The notes: generated by a model from the sequence alone, not told the origin. DNA of 64,000 bases from Octopus sinensis (GCF_006345805.1 NW_021833815.1:10778-74777); one strand, 5' to 3'; positions 26,684-40,471 are shown, numbered from the stretch's first letter. Numbers and translations are program-made.

Positions 26684-27954
26684 GTAATGTATGCGCGCGC
26701 GTGCGTGTGCAGACATCGGTTAATGTACTCCAAAGGTATACTGCACTCTGAATGAGTGAGATTCAGGATGGTCAAAGCTGGAGTGCCTTTAATCATTGAG
26801 TTGCTCACACAAAACTGACCTGGGGCTAAACAACAACATCAAGACAAACCAATGCGTGAGTTTCTATGTGATTGCTTTACCTGTTAGAAATAGCAGTGAA
26901 ATCTTCCTGAAATTATACTCTCCCACTTAAAAAAATGTCGTATACATTGAGTAATGCAATCCATTGGCCAGAAAAAGGAACAAGACAAAATGGTTGAGAC
27001 GGAAGATTTTATAGAATTTATTTTATCTTATTTATGTGAAAGAGAAAATTTGGTAGGAAAGAGTTTTTAAGATAGGTTGGTGACATACAGACTGACTGAC
27101 CAACCATTGTGGCGGCCCATGGGCAGGTGGAGGGGGATGAACATAGTCAGTGAATTAACGTTTGTTGTTAGCATTTGTAATAATTGTCTTTTCTTTCTGA
27201 GTTCAAATCCCGCCGAGGTCGACTTTGCCTTCCTTCCTTTCTGGGTCAATAAGATAAGCACCGGTTCAAGCGCCGGGGTTCGATGCTAAAGTCTGAAAAT
27301 AAATATTCGTAAAAGTTGTGAGGAAAAAATGTTGACAAAGCCTCAGCAATGTGGCGATAACAACGTTGCGGTGATGATATTGAAGATAATAACGTGATGG
27401 CGATAATGTGATGATACTGATGATGATAAGGTGATGACAATGCTGTGATGACACTAATTAAGAGATGATAATGTTAAGAATCAACGATCAGCTACATTCA
27501 TATCAACATCTTGACGATGACAGCTCCAACATAGTGACACCATGCATGTGATGACAGCAATACCGTCAACGGAATTACGCTGACAGTAATTTGGTTGCAC
27601 CAGGCCAGTAGCTTGATGTTGTTGATGTTGTTGCTGTTGTCGTGGTGGATGATGATGATGATGGTGGTGGTGGTGGTGGCGGTGAAAATGATAATCTTGT
27701 TTCACTCAAATCAGTGAAATTCTACAAATTTGCAGAAAAAAATCTCTTTATGCAATTGTTTCTGTGTAGAACGATGAACACGCGCGCGCACGCACATATA
27801 CACATACACACACACATGCACACACACACACACACGCGCACACATACACACACACACATACACACACGCACACACAAGTCAGAGACGCCATCCGTTTGAA
27901 AACACTACAGTTAACTAAGTATTAAAAGATTTAATGTAGTGACTGGTGAAAATA

Positions 27955-28169
27955 TTGGCTTCCAATTTTGTCAGAAGGTCAACAAGAATGGGGGGGGGGG
28001 GGTAGTCGATAACATTGACTCCAGAACTCCACTGGTACTTAATTTATCGACCCCGAAAGGATGAAAGGCAAAGTCAACGTCGGCGGAATTTGAACTCAGA
28101 ACGTAGCGGCAAACGAAATACCGCTAACCATTTCGCCTCCCGGCGTGCAAGCATTTCTGCCAGTTCGCC
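27955..28169 (-). mobile_element. Family A SINE
   Basis: CTGGTACTTAATTTATCGACCCCGAAAGGATGAAAGGCAAAGTC..GGAATTTGAACTCAGAACG..CTGCCAGTTCGCC. Confidence 0.87.
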
Positions 28170-28393
28170 ACATTTGACAAATGAAAATCTTATCAGAGAT
28201 AATGTGGTGAGGAAAAGACAATATTAGCTGAATGTGAGTGGGAGAGATCGAAAGAAAGGAAAGAAAGTAGCACGTGTAAAGAGAGAGAGAGAGTATGCAG
28301 AAAGAAGACGGTGTTACTGGTCTAAGAACAACTATGAAGCCTCAACTCCGTCGGCTTCCCACAATGAAATGCTTAAACTTAATTCTGTTCATT

Positions 28394-28585
28394 GCGTGTC
28401 GTAGTGGTTAGTATGTTGGGTTCATGATCATTTGGTTCTGGTTTCGATTCTTAGATCGAATGGCGCGTTGTGTCCTTAAGCAAGTTACTTCATTTACCGT
28501 AGCTTCAGAAAAATCAGCGGGAAAACGAGTACCAGCTGCAGTTTGGAGTCACCCTTGTGACGGTCGGACATCCGATGACGGGCCT
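28394..28585 (+). mobile_element. Decayed CORE-SINE with tRNA head
   Basis: TGTCGTAGTGGTTAG (A box), GTTTCGATTC (B box) and TGTGTCCTTAAGCAAGTTACTT (CORE-like). A further tRNA-like head is on the minus strand at about 61835-61900. Confidence 0.6.
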
Positions 28586-28843
28586 TGTACATTCGCTTCG
28601 TTCTCACAGATAATCTCTTGCTCGGTCGACCTTCAGACTCTACTCTTTCTTCCTCTCTCCCACTCTTCACTGTCTTTCTTTCTCTCCCTCTCTCTCTCTC
28701 TACAATTTAAAATATTTTTATATGCTAAATATATTTTTTGCATTAGAATATTTCTCTTTTTTCTATATTTTAATTTATATATTTAATTACATACATTACA
28801 TATATGTGTGTGTATGTGTGTGCGTATATATGTGTATGTTGTA

Positions 28844-28895
<52 letters not shown>

Positions 28896-30116
28896 TTATA
28901 TATATATATATGTGTGTATATATATGTATATATGTATGCATGTTTGTACCGTGTGTCCATATATGCATGTGTATGTATATACATACACATGTGCAGTATG
29001 TGTGCGTGTGTGTGTGTCTGTGTGTGCGTGTGTGTTTTAAATTCTCGCCTCTCCTTGCTCTCCTTGACAGATGGAGAGAAAAGACATTTCAAACAAAGCC
29101 ATGACAAGAGAGAAAATCTTTCTATAAATTTTTAATCGCTCCATTTTCTATTCCAGATTACATTGTGTTTGTTGTCTGTCTGTCAGTTCAGCCAGTCTGT
29201 CTGTGTGTCTATCGGTTACTCAGTCCATTTACTCCCTTACTCCGTTACTCTGCCTCTCCCCTCTCATACTCCCTTCTCCAACTCTTTGAAATTTTCTCAA
29301 TTTACTTTAAATCATTTTCCTTAATAAACTTTCACCTCCATTCATGCTCTTTGTCCACTCTCTCTCTCTCCCTTTCCACTCCCCTTCTCTCCCCTCTCTC
29401 CACTTTCCCAACCCATCCGCTTCTCCACCTCTCTCTACCCCGTTACTTTCTTTTGTCCTTCCCCCGCTTTCTTGCCTCACGTTTTAGTATCTCTTCCTCT
29501 CCTGTTTCTTTCTTCATCACTCTCTCTCTCTCTCTCTCACACACACACATACATTTCTACACACACACACACACACAACGCATCCATGAAGTTTTAAATT
29601 TCCCCATTTCAGTTTGCAACATTCTCTCTCTGCTAAAAAAACTACCACCGCCAACATGGCCAGCAACACCAACACCACAACCGACACAAGTACCACTACC
29701 ACCCTCTACCACCACCTCTACTACCACCGCCATAACAACTGTAACCAACACCTTACCCATCAAAACCCCACCTCACTATACAATATCTTCGGCACCCTGA
29801 AAATTCTATTTCTCATTCTTCTTCTTCTTCTTCTTCTTCTTCTTCTTCTTCTTCTTCTTCTTCTTCTTCTTCTTCTTCTTCTTTCTCCTTTCCTTTTCTC
29901 ATTCTGGGGTTCAAATCCCATTTAACCCGAACCTCCTCAGAAGGTCTTCTAAAATTTTTATCATTCCTAAAAAAAAAACAAGATGGCCCCTCTGTCGTCT
30001 TGTTCTCACTGTTTCGACAAGGGCTTTCGTGAGTTTACTCAAGTCACTCCCTGGTAGTTGCACTTACCTTGGTGAGATTGGTCAATTGTCTTCACACAAG
30101 CACACACACACACCAA

Positions 30117-30192
<76 letters not shown>

Positions 30193-30216
30193 ATATGTAT
30201 GTATCTATATGTATAT

Positions 30217-30251
<35 letters not shown>

Positions 30252-30279
30252 TATATTATATATATATATATATTATCAT

Positions 30280-30530
30280 AATTAAAATTTAGTTGAATTA
30301 GGTACTTAAATTGAGGCACCAAGCCAGTTCAGAGTAGACCATGCAGCTCGAAGTTAGGTGAATAAAAAGCAAATAAGGAACAAGGATGTCCAGGTATCAA
30401 TTCATTACGGCCGTTTCAAGCGGCTCGATTTAATCGATCAATGAAAACATTACATCAATTTGAAAGATACCTGATCGATTAAATGGAGCCGCATTGATAC
30501 CAGGACATCCTGGTTACTCATTTGTTTATA
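30280..30530 (-). mobile_element. Foldback element with Penelope-like remnant, bounded by (TA)n
   Basis: Inverted arms 30370-30440 and 30472-30524. The left arm carries an extra 18 bp that reads GAAACGGCCGTA on the minus strand (hammerhead 3' half with palindromic helix III). Confidence 0.55.
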
Positions 30531-30532
30531 TA

Positions 30533-30582
<50 letters not shown>

Positions 30583-30632
30583 AATTGATAAAAGGTGGGT
30601 TTTTTTCTAATATTTTATATATATAGAGAGAG

Positions 30633-31105
30633 AACCTTGAAACTCTACTCTCTCCAGCGTCGCCGTGAGCGGTACATCATTTGTACGATGTGGAGAATAT
30701 ACCGCCAACTTTGCCCAAACGACCTAAACATTACCTTCAAGGTTCATCCAAGACTGGAACCACGGACCATACGTCCCCTGCCCAATTCAAGATCACAGCA
30801 TACATGTACACTGCAACATAATTTCTTTTCCTCAACAGGCCCTGCCCTATTTAACATTCTCCCGAAAGAGATCAAAGAGGAAAAGGATCCCATCAACTTT
30901 AAACGGAGTCTGGATAGATTCCTTCAAGGAATACCAGATAAGCCACCTATAATTGGATACAACTCACCCAACAAAAATTCACTACTTGAATGGACCATAA
31001 ACAAAACTTGACTTAAACAGGATTTAGATAATCCTATCAGGTGGTGCTATTAAGTTAGACATGGCCTGAACCAATCTTTGGTCGAAACATATATAAGTTT
31101 ATCTA

Positions 31106-31110
<5 letters not shown>
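30633..31110 (+). mobile_element. 5'-truncated CR1/L2-group LINE (ORF2 C-terminus + 3' UTR)
   Basis: ORF 30595-31011 contains LKLYSLQRRRERY...GPALFNILP...FKRSLDRFLQGIPDKP, typical of the CR1-group ORF2 C-terminus. The short 3' UTR has an ACCAA-TCT-TTGGT stem-loop (31070-31082) and a repeated TAAGTTT tail. (TA)n lies on both sides. Confidence 0.88.
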
Positions 31111-31183
<73 letters not shown>

Positions 31184-31184
<1 letters not shown>

Positions 31185-32456
31185 AGGGGTTTGACAAAAT
31201 AATGGAAACACTTTAAAATTTCAAATAAATTTATTTTAATACAGGATAGAACCGCCTTTGGCAATAATTACAGCTTGAATTCTACGCAGTATGAACTCGA
31301 ACAAAGTTTGAATTGTTTCCAAAGGAATTTTTGTCCATTCTTCAGCTAAAAGTCTCTAGTTCTTGTAGTGATTATGGTGTAGGATACCAACTCATTGTTT
31401 TTCTAAAATGCACCTATATATGTTCAATAATATTGAGATCTGGGGGCTGTGGTGGCCAGATAAAATATTCAACTTCTCTAGAATGTTCCTCGTGCCATTC
31501 TGTAACAACTTTAGCTGTGTGAATTAATGCATTTTCATCCTGAAAGACTGTGTTTCCCTCCAGAAACAGTTCCACAACCATAAGATGAATTTGATCAGAT
31601 AAGATGCTTAAATAGTCTTGACTATTAATTCTGCCATGAAGGGAAACCGTTGGGCCGGCGGATTTCCAAGATATAGCCCTCCAGATCATCACAGATCCAC
31701 GTCCATGTTTAACAGTTAGAAGAAGGCAATTTGGGTCAAATGCTTCTTCTGGCTGTCTCCACGCGTATACTCGGCCAGCGGTCGGAAATAAGGTAAAGGA
31801 TGACTCGCCCGAGAAAATAACATTCTTCCACTGCTCTAGGGATCAATTATGTAGGTTTTTACTCCACTCTAAACGTTTTGCAACGTTTGGTGTTGAAAGT
31901 TGTGGTTTTCCGATTGCACCCCCCCCCCCCACCGTGAAATCCGGCTTTGGGCAGCTCCCGACGAACAGTTTTTGCGGAAACTGGGTTCTCGAGGTGGTCA
32001 TTAAGCTCTGCAGTAATTTTGGGAGCTGGACTTTTGTGATCCTTTCTAACAATTCGCGTAAGAGTCCAATGGTCCCTATCTGAAAGTTTTGGTTTTCTTC
32101 CGGAGTTTCGTTTCGACGAGGAGGTTTTTCCCTGTTTCTCAAAGGCTGTCATTACTTTCGAGAGAGTACTTCTTGATACACCAAACATTTCGGCTGTTTT
32201 CGTTACGCTCGCTCCTGCCATACAAGCCCCAACAATTTGACCTCTTTGAAAGTCTGATAGATTTGTCATTTTAATGAATTTTAATTACCTTTTTTTGATG
32301 ATATCTGAAAAGAAACAGCAATTTCAGCAAAACATATTAAGCAACACTAATAATAAATCAAAAAACATAAAAATAAACAAGCTTTTGAGAGTTTTATAGA
32401 TATTTCAAAATTAGGATGCTATGATGCTAGGTGTTTCCATTATTTTGTCCAACCCC

Positions 32457-32459
<3 letters not shown>
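31184..32459 (-). mobile_element. Tc1/mariner DNA transposon, full length (~1.28 kb), DD36E (Incomer-like), inactive
   Basis: TA-flanked ~28-bp TIRs: CAGGGGTTTGACAAAATAATGGAAACAC (31184-31211) and GTGTTTCCATTATTTTGTCCAACCCCCCA (32431-32459). They enclose a disrupted transposase on the minus strand. Confidence 0.95.
31236..32269 (-). pseudogene. Tc1-family transposase pseudogene
   Basis: Joined frames read MTNLSDFQRGQIVGACMAGASVTKTAEMFGVSRSTLSKV..SGRKPKLS (paired-like HTH, GRPR-like motif), then WKNVIFSGESSFTLFPTAGRVYAWR..TVKHGRGSVMIW..VFQDENALIH..WPPQPPDLNIIEH..EEWTKIPLETIQTLFEFILRRIQAVIIAKGGSILY*. There is a frameshift at the poly-C run 31919-31930, in-frame stops, and the first two catalytic Asp positions read G and E. 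Confidence 0.93.
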
Positions 32460-32547
<88 letters not shown>

Positions 32548-32605
32548 TTTCGCTTGACATTGCCAGACTAATAACCTGGAGTAGAACTCTCTCTCTACCT
32601 CCTTC

Positions 32606-32661
<56 letters not shown>

Positions 32662-32668
32662 ATATATA

Positions 32669-32713
<45 letters not shown>

Positions 32714-32769
32714 TCAAGATAAACCGTTGGTCGAGTGTAGAACGGTAATAAGAAAAAAAGAAGATGCAG

Positions 32770-32885
32770 TGGACTCATAGCTGAGTGCTTGAGTAACACC
32801 TTAATGCTTCATCAGAGCCTCTATTCAGATTCGAGGTTCCAATAAAGTTGTAAGGTATTACTCAGGCACTCAACTATTGAGTCCA
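32770..32885. mobile_element. Small palindromic MITE-like element
   Basis: Inverted arms of about 34 bp (TGGACTCATAGCTGAGTGCTTGAGTAACACCTTA / TAAGGTATTACTCAGGCACTCAACTATTGAGTCCA). A related half copy is at about 26320-26353. Confidence 0.55.
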
Positions 32886-33347
32886 TCATTGGAGCAGAAA
32901 CAACCGTAAGCTAATGAAGTTGAAAAGATGTTCGTTTTTTCCTTTGTCATCTGATTTTCTTGTGTGTGTGTGTGTGCACATATATATGTATGTGTATGTA
33001 AAATCTCGTTTTTTTCACTCATTTTTACTTGTTTTAGTCATTAGACTGCGGCCATGCTGGGGCACCACCTTGAAGAATTTTTAGCCAAATGAATTGCCCC
33101 TTCACCTATTGTTATATTAAGTCTAGCACTTATTCCATCGGTCTCTTTTGTGGAAACACCTAAATTACGGGAACGTAAACACACTAACACCGGTTGACAA
33201 GCGGGGCTGCATGAACATACGCGCGCGCGCAAACACACACACACACACACACACGAGATTTGACCGACCACTTCGTAGCAACGGTGTGAAGGAAAACATC
33301 TCGGTTAAACCATCATCCTTTTAATCTTAGCCTTGCAGATTTCAATC

Positions 33348-33825
33348 GTATGTATGTATGTATGTTTGTATGCATGTATGTATGTATGTATGTTTGTATG
33401 CATGTATGTATGTATGTATGTATGTATGTATGTTTGTATGCATGTATGTATGTATGTATGTTTGTATGTATGTATGTATGTATGAAAGCATGTATGTATG
33501 TATGTATACATATATGTATGTTTGTATGTATATATGTATGAAAGCATGTATGTGCGTATGTATACATGTATGCATGTATGTATGTTTGTATGTATATATG
33601 TATGAAAGCATGTATGTATTTATGTATGCATGTATGTTTGCATGCTTGTATGTCTGTATGTTTGTATTTATTTATGTATGTATGTATGTATGTATGTATG
33701 TATGTATGTATGTATGTATGTATGTATGTATGCATGTATGTTTGTATGTATGCATGTATGTATGCATGTATGTATGCATGTATGTTGTATGTATGTATGT
33801 ATGTATGTATGTACGTATGTATGTA
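33348..33825. repeat. (TATG)n microsatellite
   Basis: About 480-bp imperfect tetranucleotide array. Confidence 0.97.
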
Positions 33826-34232
33826 GTGTGTTTATCTTTATATAAAGATTAAAGAAGCCGTTCGTCACATATGTACGTAGTAGAGTTCGATATATTATTT
33901 ATATACGGATCATTCAGCACGTGTACGAAGTCCCTGATGAGCAAACGATAGAAACGCAGCCATTAGTTTTAAAGCCTTTGCATAAACGTTGGACGTTTGG
34001 TGTGCGCGCGCATTTCCTTGCAACAAAAAGTTTAGACGTGAAAAAGAACTCAATACCAGTTACTGAGTATTACACACGCGCACGCACACACACACACATG
34101 ATATTACAGATGAAAGCCATCACGGCATGTTCTGATTTATTGGTATTTAAATTTGAAATTTCCAATCTTTATTAATTAACCACTAATGATGAAACAAGGA
34201 TTGTAAGCTATTAATGTGTGTGTGGGGGGAGC

Positions 34233-34272
<40 letters not shown>

Positions 34273-34634
34273 ATTCATATATACATACATAAATATACAT
34301 ATGTGCATATGCTTGTGTATGTATGTATGTATGTATGTATGTGTGTGCGTATGTATGTATGTATGTATGTATGTATGTATGTATGTATGTATGAATGAAT
34401 GTATGTATATATATGAATGAATGTATGTATATATGAATGTATGTATATATGGTGGTTCCAATGTCGTGGTGCTGTCTGAGCGCGGAGTGGATGTCGCCAC
34501 AATCTGTAATGTCCGCTTTGTCCGTTAATGTCGCCGTCAGCGTCGTCACCGCTGTAACTATAGCTGAGGCTTTGACAGTAGAAGTGATTTAACTAACGAC
34601 GTCGTTCACCTAAAACAAACATCAGATGAAGCTA

Positions 34635-34665
<31 letters not shown>

Positions 34666-35042
34666 ATATAAAAACTAGGACAGATTTTTAAACAAAAAGG
34701 ATGCAAAGTGTATCTGTGGTGGTTGGCGAGTGGAGCGGGGGTACATTTTAAATCTTTGTTTTGTTTCCATTTCATTTTAAATCAGTTTTTTTGCATTTAT
34801 ATTTTGTATACATTTTGTATAATTTTTTTATCTTCATCAAACTGAAAAGATTTTGGAGATAAATATTAGTTATTGGCCGCAGTTCTTGGGGAAAAAATTA
34901 ATTGAAGAAATAAAAAATCTTAACTTTCCACTTTCTGAACAAAATGTTCCTTTTATTACCCTAAATAGCCATCACATCCTAGCTTGATCTTCATCGAAGA
35001 GATTGTATTTATTATTTTTTATATAAATCATCACATTTACAA

Positions 35043-35139
<97 letters not shown>

Positions 35140-35574
35140 CACGCTCACATACGCACGCACAAATATATACACTTTTATATCCACGATGAAAATCTAAAAT
35201 AATTCCATATTATATAGTATTTGGTTTCTTGGTGTTCCACTGAATCTGTATTAAAACAAATTGTGATTGAAAAATGTTGATAAATTAACGTTTTTAGGCC
35301 AGACTTGGCTATTAGAAAAATAAAATGGAAAACTTCGAATTAGAAACAAGTTTTATGCGTTCTGTGTGTGCGTGAGGATGGGTAGGGGGTTCTTTGTTCG
35401 GTTTTTAAAATAATATTGTTTCCTGTAGTTGTAGTAGAATTAATACAAAACTAAACCCAATAATGATTATTATTTCAAATTTTGGCACAAGGCCTGTAAT
35501 TTTGAGGGGAGTGGGAAAAGTTGATTATATCGCCCCCAGCAGCCAGCTCGTCGAATAATGATGATGATAATAAT

Positions 35575-35782
35575 CCTTTCTACTAAAAGCACAAGGCCTG
35601 AAATTTTGGGGTGGAGGCTAGTCGATTACATCGACCCCAGTGTTTAGCTGGTACTCATTTTTATCGACCCCGAAAGGATTAAAAGCAAAGTCGAGATCTG
35701 TGTAATTTGACCTCAGAAGGTAAAAACGAACAAAATGCCGCTAAAAATTCTATCCGGCGTGCTAACGGTTCTGCCACTTCGC
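35575..35782 (-). mobile_element. Family A SINE
   Basis: Full-length match to the reverse complement of the 58757 copy. An extra tail fragment is at about 35473-35545. Confidence 0.85.
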
Positions 35783-35890
35783 TAATTAGCTAATCACTTC
35801 CAATATTTTATTAATGACAAAGAAACACTGCACCAACTTTTTCCTTAAATCTTCCCCCATTGAAACTTGAGGTGTTTTTAGAAAATCTGA

Positions 35891-36210
35891 GAGGCGTGAG
35901 CATGGCCGTGCGGTAAGAAGATTGCTTTCCAACCACATTGTTCTGGGTTCAGTTCCACTGCGTGACACCTTGAGCAAGTGCCTTCTACCATAGCCTCGGG
36001 CCAACCAAAGCCTTGTGAGTGGATTTGGTAGATGGAAACTGAAAGAATATATATATATATATATCATGTGTGAGTGTCCCACCATCGTTTGACAACCGGT
36101 TTTGGTTTGTTTACGTCCCCGTAACCTAGCGGTTCGGAAAAAGAGACTGATGGAATAAGTAACAGAGGCATGGCCGCAGTCAAATGACTGAGACAGGTAA
36201 AAGACAAGAT
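35891..36210 (+). mobile_element. CORE-type tRNA-derived SINE (family B) with internal microsatellite
   Basis: A box TGGCCGTGCGGT, B-box-like GGGTTCAGTTCC, CORE-like ACCTTGAGCAAGTG..AGCCTC, internal (TA)n, tail CATGGCCGCAGTCAAATGACTGAGAC. Confidence 0.85.
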
Positions 36211-38667
36211 AAACTAGAAAAGGTTTCCAGATGATCGCAAGGGTGGGATGCCTTTTAATGGAATGTCTCTAAATATTCGAAAGCCCAAAATGCTGCCAGG
36301 GTAGGGAAAATGGTTATTTTGCCCTATATTGGCATAAAGCCACATCGCTTTGGAGGATTTGGAGGGGATGATGTAGTCAATTATATCAATATAAATATTT
36401 TCGATATTTCATCGATAGACTATAAAGTCAATTCCTAGCGGATTAGTGAGAGAATAGTAATCTATCCGATTTTCCAGCCGCAACAGTTATCTAGATATGA
36501 TGATATTTCTTAGATACATTCTTAGAGACAAACATATGAGACACAGAATAACATGTTGTATGTTGAACACACAATAGATGTCGCTTCATTGTGATTGCTG
36601 TTATTGAATTTTTACGCAGAATCCGACATCGCTGCTCCTTGTACAGATTGTCCTTCAGACTATAACTGAAGGTCAGCGTGAAACACGAGTCGGGAAATAA
36701 CGAAATTTAGTTGCAATGAAAAGCTTTAATCTGATTATAAAGATTCCCGTTTTATAAGAAAAAATATATACAATAATTTGTGGCTTTGTTTAACACCTTC
36801 ACTTGACCCCACTTTGTAACTCTGATGGAGTTCGTTTTTCGGAAGCATTGAAGCCAACTTTCTGTTGCAAGTAAACCTCTTTCCTTCTCTTTAAAAGTAA
36901 AACAAAATAGATTCTGTCAGTGGATGGTTGTGACTTCATGTTATAGGGAAGAAAATTTTTTATTTGGGTCCAAAGCATAAAAGCCAACGTAATGCTTCCT
37001 AAGCTGACATTTGTTTAAAATATTTTCATCTCAACCAAACAAATATTTCACCTTCATCTCACTTAACATCTATCTTTTAATCTTCAATTAACCGATAATA
37101 AATGCTTCATCGGCCTCAGTATTTCCTTCTATCTTCGGAGAGAGATAATCTCCGCTAATTATATGAAATTGTTTTCAATAAATTAACCATCTACTTTGAT
37201 AGATTACCATAGAAACCAGACAATGATCTTAAGTTAACCAGAAACCAGCTAGAAAAACAAAGCCAAACAGGAAACCTCAGCTTAATCACTTCACTTGTTA
37301 GAAAGAGCAGCCGTATTTCCCTCCACCTATTTCCTACTGCCAATATAGCAGTATATATTTCTATTTAAAAGACGGGTGTCATGGCTGGGGTGTCTAGATA
37401 TCTGTGTAAAGACATCTGACCACAACAACGACAAATGTTGTATGAGGAAATAGCTTTAAGTCACCTGCTGATTGTTTTGCTCTCTGCACTAAATATGCTG
37501 CCATTTAACTATTGCATTTCATAACGATGGTGTCCCTGAGTCATTTTCCACTTTTATTATATTAACAGCTGTTTATTATTTTACATCAATATAGTGCATG
37601 ACTATTACTAGATCCGCTGAGGAAAGCTAATAGGTAGAAACATGTTCACAGTTGTCTCTATGTTTGCCAAATATATTGATGTATTCAATATCAACAGAAC
37701 GAATTGATGTACGAGGTATGTGATTAATCAACATATTCTTATAATTAACACGAGGGACAGCTGTATCAATTTATTAACATATTGTTTTCAGAGATCGATA
37801 AAAAAGTTACATATTATTTCGGTGAGTGGAGGGCTTAGCTTGACCTCCCCAGTATATAGTTGGTACTTTCATTTTATCGACCCTGAAAGGCTTAAAAGCA
37901 GTGATGACCTCGACAGTATTTGGCCTGAGAATGTATTAATAAAATTCGCTGTTGTTCCATGTGGAACCGGAGTGTAATCAATAATCAATTTAATTACCCC
38001 CACCCCACCCTTATATGTTTGATACTTTCATTCATCGATCCCTGGAAGCATAAAAAGCATTGACGAATTTAGTGAGAGTCGAGCCCAGGACACAGCGAGG
38101 AGGAACTCCACAAAGATGGTTAGCCAGTTTATCCAAGTTTCTACCAATCAATTCCAACCAAACAGACCACGATTACAATAAGTTTTAGTTATTTATTATG
38201 GCTTCATTATCGATGGCACTAATTATATTTCTAAGTTTATGGATAAGGACTGGTATTTTCTTGAAGAGAGAAGATAGGATGTTGTGAGGCTCATGCTTTA
38301 CCATGGGTCCGCAAATATGGTTAGAATTAGTAATCAATAGCGTCTGATCAGGTGAAAGTAAAGTCAATACCTGTTAATTAATGGTGGGGGCGGGGAGAGA
38401 AAATTATTTCGATTGAAGTAATTGTGGGGATAGGTGTAGGATTTAGAATCTGACAGCGAGAGAAGGAAAGAAAGAGTAAGAGAGGAAAGTGAGAGAGGGG
38501 GAGAGACATGAAAGTGAGAGAGGGGGAGGGACATGAAAGAGAGAGAGAGAGAGGGGGTGAGTGGGGAGAGACTGTGAGGGAGAGTGGGAGGGAGAGGAGA
38601 GGGAAATTTGTGTATCTGTATGTGTGTGAAGAAAGAGAGAGAACATGTATAAGAGATAGATAGATAT

Positions 38668-38741
<74 letters not shown>

Positions 38742-39223
38742 GAATCGGTAGCTAGGTACATACATGGATGGATGGATGGATGGATGGGTATATATTTCAA
38801 GTGGAATGTGAATATGTATGCGGACAGTTTGTGTGGACAATTAAATACACTTCAGCATGGATCCAGTGACACACAAACAACAAATGGGGATTTGTAGAAT
38901 CGAAACTAAAAGTAAACAACTTAAAAAATAGAGAAATGGCAACAGCACACACACTGCCTTTGTCTCTCTCTCTCTCTCTCTAAACGGAAACTGAGTGTTC
39001 ATCTGTGGAGGAGGGGAAGAAATGTCGTCCAATATTTCTGTTGTCATGCATCACGGTGTCTGTCTGCTTCCATAAACAAGAGTTGTTGTTGTTGTTGGTT
39101 TTGTTGTTTGCTCTAATGAAAGGCTGTGACAAGACAAAAATCATATTTCTACCATTTAAAAGAACAGGAAAATGCAGCTTCAGACCTTTTACTAACTTCT
39201 ACAATGTCTCCCTCTCGCCCTCT

Positions 39224-39276
<53 letters not shown>

Positions 39277-40471
39277 GTCCAGTGTGCAGCCCCATGTACC
39301 CTTCCTTTTTGTTTTCATCATGGTAGGGCTGATATGATAGACATTTAGTTGCTACTTTTAGCAGTTAGAGCGTCTCCATAGAGGTTCTCTCATAGTTTAT
39401 TGTCTTGTGGTGAAGAGTAAATGTCTTAGAACGAAGATCTTGGGTCAGACAATTTAGTTTCTATTGTTGGGTATGATAACGTTCTTAATGCGGAAACGCA
39501 TGAGTGTCACATAATCGCATTTCTTCTGCCCCATGAATCTCACGACCTGTCTCTATGTTACAAGTAAACAGCAAGGGTCCCACATATGAGTTTTCTAGAA
39601 ATTCAGGGGTTGGCTGTGTATTTGGACTTTCGATTCTCGCTTCAGCGTACTAATAGCTGCCTCTTTCTTTATTCCTTCGACAAAGTGGAAGTTGTAAAAT
39701 CATGCCATGACCATTCGAAATCATGAACGTGGCAACACCATATTTGTTGCTATAAACATGAAGATTCGTTCCTCAAAAACTGGCAACTAAACGATTCTCT
39801 GGATCGATATATTCTGCGGATCAAAGGAAACTCCATTGACCGAATGATCTTGTGGATGAAAATATTCTTTAGATCAAACGATTCTGTGGAACAAAACGTT
39901 CTGAGTATCCCAAGATTTTGTCGATCCGAAACAATGGTCAGTTCTCACACACACACACCGGAAGTGCTGCCACTTGGCCAGTAACATCAGTGTTTGTAGA
40001 ATGGATCCCTCCTCAACAACTGGTTGTTGTTAGAATCGCAGAGAAGTGGAGACCTAACTGTAAGGAATTACGGACAAATATTTCTTCATAGCTTAATCTA
40101 TCGATCTTTCTCTGGGAACTGGTACCGATTCCCACTTGTAACCATTTCTCTGCACTAATGTTCCCACTGCTTCTCATAAAAACACAAAACCTATTATACA
40201 GCTTTTGTAAGCAAAAAATCAATAATTGATTGTTTATTGATACAACTATTGGAATTGAAAACAGCCTACAGAAACTGGATCGTTAATGTCTTGTGGTATT
40301 TATTCCAGTTTTTTTTCTTTTTTGCGTTTTGAGTTCAAATAATACCGAGGTCAGCTTTATCTTTCATCATTCTTGGGTCAATAAAATGAAATAACAGTCT
40401 AGTCCCAACAGCTCTTTCTCTCTCTCTCCTCTCTCTCTCCCATCCCTCTCACCCTCTCTTTATACATATAT

